This document shows positions 57,810 to 64,000 of a DNA stretch of 64,000 nucleotides, one piece after another; the first letter of the stretch is position 1, and each line of letters starts with the position of its first letter. The notes below the pieces were generated by a model. The model saw only the letters and a program-made list of their open reading frames with translations. It ran no database searches and was not told where the DNA came from. The translations under genes and the position numbers were made by a program. The DNA is from Candidatus Omnitrophota bacterium (GTDB lineage Bacteria > Omnitrophota > Gorgyraeia > 2-01-FULL-45-10), in contig JAPLME010000012.1 in the NCBI GenBank assembly GCA_026387175.1, forward strand, positions 139,429-203,428, given 5' to 3'.

Positions 57810-58589
57810 GTGGCTATTACAGTAAAAGAGATGAATAGAGCAGCCGGTACGAGTAAAAAGATCCATACGAGAGATCTTCAGTCCGCGCTTAATGACGAGA
57901 TCGCGAAAACATTCCTGAGGACCTCGGAGAAATCCTATATCCGGAAGAAGACGACGCTGCGTCTTGCCTGGTCCGTCGCTATTGTGGCTTCGATACTCGC
58001 CGTAGTCGCTTTTATCACGAAGATCAATTTTGACGTAAGGGTCAGGATACTGGGCGAGATGCCTTCGGTGAGCGTAGAGCGGGGCCAGATAAACTTCGAC
58101 AATATGAAGGATAAAGGGGTATTCCTGATAAAGGGCATATCTTCCAACAATGATATTGTAAAATCGACTTTTTTCGACGGAGATGCCAAGATAGGCTCGA
58201 GAACGGCCGATGACCATATACTTTTGTCTAACGCCAAAGGCAGCGGCTGGGGGAACTTCACGATAGATCTTAAAGAGCCCATAGGCCTTAATAAGCTGGA
58301 TCTAAAATTTGTGGCAAGAGGTTCCTCGGGCGGGGAGTACCTTGGCATAGTTATAGTGGATTCTGACAACAAGACGTACAGGATGGAGCGGGGCCTCTCC
58401 ACTAAACTCACAAACGAATGGCAGCTTTACAAGGTGGATTTCCGGCCCATTAAAAAGGCGGTAGATCTGGCCAATATCACCACTATAAAATTTGAATTCG
58501 GAAGCCTGACGGTCGGCAACAGTTCCGGCGCGGCGATATTTCTTAAGGATATATACGTGGCGAAAGCGAGGAGATCAAGATGGCTGTGA
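57810..58589 (+). CDS. Membrane-anchored CBM11/CIA30-like module protein.
   Basis: N-terminal TM LAWSVAIVASILAVVAFI. The C-terminus (...IFLKDIYVAK) is homologous to the other CBM modules. The GTG at 57810 directly abuts the permease stop; an alternative ATG lies at 57831. Confidence 0.55.
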   Translation: MAITVKEMNRAAGTSKKIHTRDLQSALNDEIAKTFLRTSEKSYIRKKTTLRLAWSVAIVASILAVVAFITKINFDVRVRILGEMPSVSVERGQINFDNMKDKGVFLIKGISSNNDIVKSTFFDGDAKIGSRTADDHILLSNAKGSGWGNFTIDLKEPIGLNKLDLKFVARGSSGGEYLGIVIVDSDNKTYRMERGLSTKLTNEWQLYKVDFRPIKKAVDLANITTIKFEFGSLTVGNSSGAAIFLKDIYVAKARRSRWL

Positions 58590-59809
58590 AATCCGAAGGT
58601 ATGTTCACGTACCATATACTGCAGGACAGAGAGCGCAAAAATCTGGCCATACTGGAGCTGATCCGCAAACGCAGCCCTATTTCAAAGGCTGAGATATCGA
58701 GGACTCTGGGCTACAACATAGTTACGATCACGAACTATCTTGACTATTACATTAATAAGAAGATGGTGCTCGAGGTCGGTCTTGATATATCTTCGGGCGG
58801 AAGGCGGCCGGAGCTTTTGGAGCTTAACGCGAAAACAAGGTACGTTGTCGGTGTGGATATCAGTCCTGACACTATATCGGCCATTGTGACGGACCTCAAT
58901 ATAAAAATGATTTCCTCCGCCAGGGCCCCCAGACCGCCGGTCAATATGGAAGCGCTGGTACCGAGCGCTATCAATGTCATAGACGAGGCAATTGTAAAAT
59001 CCGGCATCGAGCATGAGGCCATAAAGACGATAGGCATAGGGATTTCCGGCATCGTCGATTACTATTCAGGCACTATTCGGGATACCGACCCCGCCAGAGG
59101 CAGGACCAAAGTAGATTTTATCAAGTTCATAAAAGCCATTGAACAGAGATTTAGCTCTTCGGTCTTTATCGGTAATGACGCTTCCTGCGCCGCTTTCGGG
59201 GAGAAGGCCCTGAATCCGGGGGCCGATGTAGATAATCTGGTGTACGCCTACTCGGATGTAGGGTGCGGGATAATTGTACACGGGGATGTCTATATAGGTT
59301 CCAGCGGATGCTCGGGAGAGACGCAGATACTGTTTGAGTCGCGCAGGGCGGGAGAGAAGATGCCCCTGGAGAGGCGTACCTTTATGAAGCCGCAAGGAGT
59401 AGACCTCGGTGTCGTGTCCGAGGCCAGAAAATTGGCGGCGAAAGGAACGGCAGCGGAGATATTGGCGCTGGCCGGTGGAAACGCCGCCGCAATAACCAAA
59501 GATAATGTAATAGACGCCGCGAAGAGGAATGACGAAGTTGCCCTGGAGCTTATCCGCTTCGCAGCCAAGAACCTTAGCATAAGAATAGCGTATTTCATCA
59601 ATTTCCTGAATCCGGCCGTAGTTATCATCGGCGGCGGGATGGAAAAGGCGGGAGATATATTCCTGGATCCATTAAAGGCATCCGTAAGAAGATTCGCGTT
59701 CGAAGAGCCAATGAACATCGTGAAGATCGTGCCGAGCCTATTGGGCGAGAACGCTGTTGTTATGGGCGCCTCGGCGCTTGCCGCCAGGGAAGTATTTATA
59801 CAAGCTTAA
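58580..59809 (+). CDS. ROK-family transcriptional regulator (NagC/Mlc/XylR-like).
   Basis: N-terminal wHTH (ILELIRKRSPISKAEISRTLGYNIVTITNYL). ROK sugar-kinase-like core with G-rich motifs and a Cys cluster (VGCG...GCSGE). 10-nt overlap with the upstream gene. Confidence 0.75.
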   Translation: MAVKSEGMFTYHILQDRERKNLAILELIRKRSPISKAEISRTLGYNIVTITNYLDYYINKKMVLEVGLDISSGGRRPELLELNAKTRYVVGVDISPDTISAIVTDLNIKMISSARAPRPPVNMEALVPSAINVIDEAIVKSGIEHEAIKTIGIGISGIVDYYSGTIRDTDPARGRTKVDFIKFIKAIEQRFSSSVFIGNDASCAAFGEKALNPGADVDNLVYAYSDVGCGIIVHGDVYIGSSGCSGETQILFESRRAGEKMPLERRTFMKPQGVDLGVVSEARKLAAKGTAAEILALAGGNAAAITKDNVIDAAKRNDEVALELIRFAAKNLSIRIAYFINFLNPAVVIIGGGMEKAGDIFLDPLKASVRRFAFEEPMNIVKIVPSLLGENAVVMGASALAAREVFIQA

Positions 59810-59812
59810 AGG

Positions 59813-59870
59813 GGCCGATGTCAGAGACATCGGCACCTAGCCTGCAATGCGGCTGAATAAACTTGGAGGA
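59813..59870 (+). promoter_or_regulatory. Conserved palindromic leader element, copy 3.
   Basis: GCCGATGTC-AGAG-ACATCGGC (59814-59834), then ACCTAGC...GCGGCTGAATAAACTTGGAGGA. The true ATG is at 59877. Confidence 0.6.
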
Positions 59871-59876
59871 TTTACA

Positions 59877-60842
59877 ATGTTTGCTTTAAAGTTAAGAATG
59901 ATGCTTGCTACCGCGCTTTTATTCGCGATAATATACGCCGTTATAGCCATGATAGGCACCAGTATGGGGATCTCCAACTTTTATTTCTACCTGGTCCTTT
60001 CTTTCGTGATGATGTTCATTCAATACATGATAGGTCCGAAGATCGTCGAATGGTCTATGAGGGTGAAGTATATAAAAGAGAACGAATATCCGAAGCTTCA
60101 TCAGATGGTGAAAGAGCTTGCCATGAAGGCCAAAATACCCAACCCTAGGATAGGGATCGCGCAGATCTCCGTCCCGAACGCATTCGCATTCGGCCGCTCC
60201 ATGAAGGACGGCAGGATATGTGTTACCGAAGGGATAATGAACCTTTTGGAAGAGAATGAACTGAGGGCCGTGCTGGGTCATGAGATGAGCCATATAAAGA
60301 ACAGAGACGTGCTCACCATTACGCTCCTTTCGGTCATACCGATGATACTTTACAGGATAGCCTGGCAGTTGATGTTCTATAACAGGCGCGACAGCAGAGA
60401 TTCCGGGCCTAACATGGCGTTAGTCGGCCTGGCGGCATTCATATTCTATTTTATAACAAACCTTTTAGTGCTGTATGCCTCCAGGATAAGAGAATATTTC
60501 GCGGATAAAGGCTCTATCGATCTGGGCAGCCGCCCGGCAGATCTTGCTTCGGCCCTGTATAAGCTTGTCTACGGGTCCGCCAGAATGCCGAAAGAGGCCA
60601 TAAAAGACGTGGAAGGCATGAAGGCGTTCTTCGCGACCGATCCGTCGAGGGCGATGAAAGAGCTTAAGGACCTCCGCGACCTTGATCTCGATAAAAACGG
60701 GACAATAGACTCTTCGGAACTTCTGGCTCTCGAGGCTAAGACCGTGCGCCTGGGTTTTGGCGATAAACTGATGGAGATCTTGAGCACCCACCCGAATATG
60801 CTGAAGCGCATAAAGCGCCTGAGCGAGTGGAGAGCATCGTAA
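59877..60842 (+). CDS. htpX: M48-family zinc metalloprotease HtpX.
   Basis: HEMSHIKNRD (HExxH) plus four TM segments. Start placed after the leader and its ggagga RBS; the track's 59847 start lies inside the conserved leader. Confidence 0.8.
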   Translation: MFALKLRMMLATALLFAIIYAVIAMIGTSMGISNFYFYLVLSFVMMFIQYMIGPKIVEWSMRVKYIKENEYPKLHQMVKELAMKAKIPNPRIGIAQISVPNAFAFGRSMKDGRICVTEGIMNLLEENELRAVLGHEMSHIKNRDVLTITLLSVIPMILYRIAWQLMFYNRRDSRDSGPNMALVGLAAFIFYFITNLLVLYASRIREYFADKGSIDLGSRPADLASALYKLVYGSARMPKEAIKDVEGMKAFFATDPSRAMKELKDLRDLDLDKNGTIDSSELLALEAKTVRLGFGDKLMEILSTHPNMLKRIKRLSEWRAS

Positions 60843-60843
60843 A

Positions 60844-61863
60844 TTGAAATTCAATTTCGACGCCACCGGCATCGGCAGCGTACCTTTTAAAGAGCCTTCC
60901 TCCGCGTTATCTCTTATATTCGAGAATTTTAAAAGCATCCCTTTCTGGCCGCAGCTTCCTAAAAGATCGTTCCTGGAGAGCATGTATGCTCAGTATTCGG
61001 AAGGTCTCCCGGGTCTCGTGATCGATGACGCGCGGAAGACCATTCATATCGATACAGCCAGGGCAGCCCAGGAGATAGAGCCCGCCTACGCTAAATACCT
61101 TGAAGGCGATATCGAGTATTTCAAGATATCGAAAGATCATGCCGAGGGGTTATATGCTTTTCTGGCCGAGTTCGGCGCGCGGGCCAAAGATATAAGATGC
61201 GTAAAAGGGCATATCACCGGCCCGATTAGTTTCGCGCTGACCGTAACGAATGAAAATAAACAGTCTATAATGTACGACAGGGATACCTTCGAAGTCCTGA
61301 CTAAAGTCCTGTGCATGAAGGTAAGGTGGCAGATAAGAGAGCTCAAGAAGCTTTTCCCGTCGGTAATGATATTCGTCGACGAGCCGTACCTGGTCTCGAT
61401 AGGTTCAAGTTTCGTTAACATAAATATAGAGGATGCATTCTCGAAGCTCGATGAAGTGATCGCCTCGATAAAGGAAGAGGGCGCGCTGGCCGGGCTCCAC
61501 TGCTGCGGCAATACGGACTGGCCGCTTCTCTTGAAGAGGGATCTCGATATCCTGAATTTTGACGCTTACGCTTTCACGAAAGAGCTTTTGCTCTACGGCG
61601 CCGAGCTTAAGGCCTTTCTGGCGCGGGGCTCCACCATTGCCTGGGGTATAGCGCCAAGTTCAGAGGCGATATACAATGAAAGCGCGGAATCACTTATCAA
61701 GAAACTTTCCGAAGGCCTGAAGGCGCTTGTCGGTAAAGGTATCCCTGTAGAAAAGATATCCTCGATAGTCACTCCTAGCTGCGGCGTGGGCACCCTCAAT
61801 AATGCCGCCGCGCGTAAAGTCTTCGAAACCCTTCGGCTAGTCTCCGCAACCCTACAAAAATAG
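60844..61863 (+). CDS. Cobalamin-independent methionine synthase-like / UroD-superfamily methyltransferase (TIM barrel).
   Basis: Short (339 aa) protein with VDEPYLVS, HCCGNTDW and TPSCGVGT, resembling the MetE C-terminal His/Cys/Cys zinc ligands. TTG start. Confidence 0.45.
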   Translation: MKFNFDATGIGSVPFKEPSSALSLIFENFKSIPFWPQLPKRSFLESMYAQYSEGLPGLVIDDARKTIHIDTARAAQEIEPAYAKYLEGDIEYFKISKDHAEGLYAFLAEFGARAKDIRCVKGHITGPISFALTVTNENKQSIMYDRDTFEVLTKVLCMKVRWQIRELKKLFPSVMIFVDEPYLVSIGSSFVNINIEDAFSKLDEVIASIKEEGALAGLHCCGNTDWPLLLKRDLDILNFDAYAFTKELLLYGAELKAFLARGSTIAWGIAPSSEAIYNESAESLIKKLSEGLKALVGKGIPVEKISSIVTPSCGVGTLNNAAARKVFETLRLVSATLQK

Positions 61864-62085
61864 ATTTTTTGGTCTTCATCACCCGTCCCTTGCGGGGTGG
61901 GTATCTCGCGGGGACGCGAAATTTCCCCTGCGAGGAAATTTCGCTCTGAAAAGATCGCTCGCTCTTTTTGGCATACAGGTATACAAGGGCCAAAAATCCG
62001 TGCCCGCTCGCGACTTTCGACGCCCCGCTCAACACCCACCCCGCAAGGGCCTGCTGAGTAGGCCGAAAAATTTACTGGGGAAGCG

Positions 62086-62375
62086 AAAGCGAAAATATCT
62101 TGGTGGATGAGGTCCCAGGAGAGATCTTCAGGCAGCGGAACTTCTGAGGGAAGCCTGGAGCGACTTTCGTAAAATCTTGATACCTATAGGCGATATACTA
62201 GGACAATGAAACTGCGCGACAGTTTTTTACGTATAGGCAGGTTCATTGGCCATCAAGATTTTACAACAGCGAATTTACATGCCTAATGTAAATTCGCGAC
62301 AAGCGGAAGGCTTACCGCAGAAGTTGCGATGCTGCAGGAAGAATAAAAGGGCAGGACCCGGAAGATATTTTCGCC
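62086..62375. ncRNA. Structured intergenic element B (homologue of element A).
   Basis: GCGAAAATATCTT (62088-62100) is the reverse complement of AAGATATTTTCGC (62360-62372). Shares gcaggaccc and gcgaa[a/g]gcgaaaatatc blocks with element A. Internal helices such as GTAAAATCTTGAT / ATCAAGATTTTAC. Confidence 0.4.
62268..62296. promoter_or_regulatory. Palindromic candidate operator (BirA-box-like) upstream of bioY.
   Basis: CGAATTTACA-tgcctaa-TGTAAATTCG perfect 10-nt arms. BirA operators are TGTAAAC-type dyads in many bacteria. Confidence 0.3.
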
Positions 62376-62453
62376 GTAGCGAAGAGTTTTGAGATTGACA
62401 CGACGGGAGTTTTATAGTAACCTTAATAATCACAAACTTACGAGGGAGAATAT

Positions 62454-63038
62454 ATGAGCTACGCACATTCTTTAGACTATAATAAAGATATAATCAATAA
62501 TAAGAAGCTGACCGCCGCCATAGGCGTCGTATTCTTTATCCTAGCGACCGCCCTCGGGGCATATATAAGGATCCCCGTCCATGGAAGCCCGATCCCGATA
62601 ACTCTGCAGACATTCTTCGTTTTGTTGGCGGGCGCGGTGCTCGGTAAAAAACTCGGTTTATACAGCCAGGCTGGTTACATACTCGCCGGCATATCGGGTT
62701 TGCCGATGTTCCAGGGGGCCTCTTTAGGGGTCTCTTATCTCCTCGGCCCTACGGGCGGATACCTTATAGGCTTTATGATATGCGCTTTTATTATAGGACT
62801 TATCATAGATTCCGCGAGATCGAACATTGTGTCCATAATCGCGGTATTTGCCTTAGGAAGTTTAATTATATACGCTTCGGGGATATTATGGCTTGTCTGT
62901 ATGTATAAAATGAACCTGACAAGCGCTATTATGGCCGGAGCCCTGCCGTTCATTCCCGGAGATATGGCCAAGATAGCCATTGCCTCCGCGATATATTCAA
63001 AGATCTCCAGGCGCTCCAGACAGATATTTTCCGCTTAG
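62454..63038 (+). CDS. bioY: BioY biotin transporter (ECF S-component).
   Basis: PITLQTFFVLLAGAVLG...YLLGPTGGYLIGF matches the BioY core. Five or six TM segments. Confidence 0.8.
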   Translation: MSYAHSLDYNKDIINNKKLTAAIGVVFFILATALGAYIRIPVHGSPIPITLQTFFVLLAGAVLGKKLGLYSQAGYILAGISGLPMFQGASLGVSYLLGPTGGYLIGFMICAFIIGLIIDSARSNIVSIIAVFALGSLIIYASGILWLVCMYKMNLTSAIMAGALPFIPGDMAKIAIASAIYSKISRRSRQIFSA

Positions 63039-63048
63039 AAGAAAAACC

Positions 63049-64000
63049 ATGGACAGAATCTTTACAAAACCGCTAATCGCAGTATCGATACTTATTCTTA
63101 TCTGCGGCTATCTCTTCTTCCCGCAGCTGGGCAAGCTTGCGCTGACAGATCCCGATGAGACTTTTTACGCCGAAACCGCCAAAGAGATGCTGGCCAATGG
63201 GGAATGGGTAACCCCGCATCTCTATGGAAAACCGCAGTTTGAGAAACCGATACTGTTCTATTGGCTGGTCGAGGCCTCCTTCAAAGCGTTCGGAGTAAAT
63301 GAGTTTGCGGCGCGGTTCCCTTCAGCTGTTTTAGGAACGATAGGCGTTATCGCTATATTTTTTCTGGGAGGTATTCTCTTTAACCGCCGCGCGGGGTTCC
63401 TTTCCGCGCTCATACTTGCCACAAACGTCGAATACATCATCTTATCCAGGGCCTGCATTACGGATATGACGCTCTTCGTATTCATGGAGCTTGCGGCGCT
63501 CTTCTTTTTGTACGGTTATATTAAAGAGAAGGGATATTTTTACCTGTTATCGTCGGCATCGATAGCTCTGGCGACGCTTACGAAAGGACCTGTCTATTTT
63601 GTTCTATTCGCCGTGGCGATCCTCGCGTTCCTGGTTTTCGTTAAGGATCTTAAGGCTCTTAAGAAAATGCCTTTATGGCAGGCGGCGCTTGTTTTTCTCG
63701 CGGTGAGCATGCCATGGTATATTGCGATATACAGGCTGCACGGCAAGGCATTTATAGACGGTTTCTTCGGGCTGCATAATGTCACACGATTTCTTGTTTC
63801 CGAGCATAAGACGGGCTCTCAGATCTATTATAATATTCCCATTATACTGGGAGGTATGTTTCCGTGGAGCATATTCTTGCCGGCGGGTTTCTGGCATATA
63901 TGCAAGAAGATCAAAGAGAGGAGCGCCGCGTCCATTTTTCTCGTAGTATCATTTTTCGTGATCTTCGGGTTCTTTACGGTCTCCAGCACAAAGCTTCCGA
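63049..64000 (+). CDS. GT-C fold glycosyltransferase (ArnT/PMT-like, GT83/GT39 family), 3'-truncated by the window end.
   Basis: ORF open from ATG 63049 to the window end; it is not in the supplied track because no stop is reached. DPDETFYAETAKEM (the DE motif of ArnT/PMT family) after the first TM. Multiple TM helices. Confidence 0.65.
   Translation, partial: MDRIFTKPLIAVSILILICGYLFFPQLGKLALTDPDETFYAETAKEMLANGEWVTPHLYGKPQFEKPILFYWLVEASFKAFGVNEFAARFPSAVLGTIGVIAIFFLGGILFNRRAGFLSALILATNVEYIILSRACITDMTLFVFMELAALFFLYGYIKEKGYFYLLSSASIALATLTKGPVYFVLFAVAILAFLVFVKDLKALKKMPLWQAALVFLAVSMPWYIAIYRLHGKAFIDGFFGLHNVTRFLVSEHKTGSQIYYNIPIILGGMFPWSIFLPAGFWHICKKIKERSAASIFLVVSFFVIFGFFTVSSTKLP

Noticed and set aside
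62100-62160. Possible SRP RNA / tmRNA / RNase P RNA in the structured intergenic regions.
   Set aside because: I compared by eye to the SRP helix-8 consensus (GGUCCGGAAGGAAGCAGCC), the tmRNA 5'/3' ends and RNase P P4 (AGGAAAGUCCGGGCUCC). None matched convincingly. The regions are left as unclassified structured elements.
1-64000. CRISPR arrays, tRNA or rRNA genes, and insertion-sequence transposases.
   Set aside because: No direct-repeat/spacer periodicity, no tRNA T-loop (GTTCGA) signatures in intergenic regions, and no transposase-like ORFs were seen.

Overview
The window is a 64 kb, all plus-strand stretch from an unidentified bacterium, with two distinct halves. I cannot assign taxonomy from sequence alone.

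Positions 1-35151 hold five consecutive large secreted proteins (>2477 aa with the 5' end truncated, 3733, 707, 1285 and 3316 aa) in AT-rich DNA. Well-known enzyme domains are embedded in them. I read these from motifs: PEP-utilising/PPDK-N-like, HD phosphohydrolase, a degenerate kinase-like domain, B12-binding radical SAM (CxxxCxxC), UDP-sugar pyrophosphorylase-like, phosphoglucomutase (GTSGxR/TASHN/SGTEP) and phosphoglucose isomerase (SKSGSTDET). The proteins share swappable modules. The large proteins of 3733 aa (7661-18862) and 1285 aa (21211-25068) share an N-terminal leader and a C-terminal 210-aa domain. The truncated first protein (1-7502) and the 3733-aa protein share a roughly 90% nucleotide-identical HExxH module. 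Four of the five proteins end in -AA.

Positions 35.2-62 kb are GC-richer and look like a beta-glucan-type carbohydrate locus. It has three GH144/DUF3131-like six-hairpin hydrolases, a 2050-aa protein (47652-53804) with an N-terminal CBM-like module, about 20 TM helices and a C-terminal GH94 phosphorylase domain carrying GDWND, and five CBM11/CIA30-like modules. It also has a lipoprotein sugar-binding protein plus two ABC permeases, an OmpR-type response regulator with its histidine kinase, a ROK regulator, HtpX, a MetE/UroD-like protein, BioY, and a partial ArnT-like GT-C glycosyltransferase at the window end (absent from the ORF track).

Non-coding features stand out. A 55-60 nt leader with a perfect palindrome (GCCGAT[G/A]TC-N4-GA[C/T]ATCGGC, with one compensatory double substitution) occurs three times directly upstream of operon-first genes. 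Two intergenic regions (35.2-35.45 kb and 62.08-62.38 kb) carry related 220-290 nt elements, each closed by the same long-range stem GCGAAAATAT/ATATTTTCGC, consistent with a ncRNA family or a MITE. There is a 590 bp hairpin-dense intergenic region upstream of bioY. Several rho-independent terminators and two sigma70-like promoters are identifiable. I found no tRNA, rRNA or CRISPR. All minus-strand ORFs in the track look like shadow ORFs.
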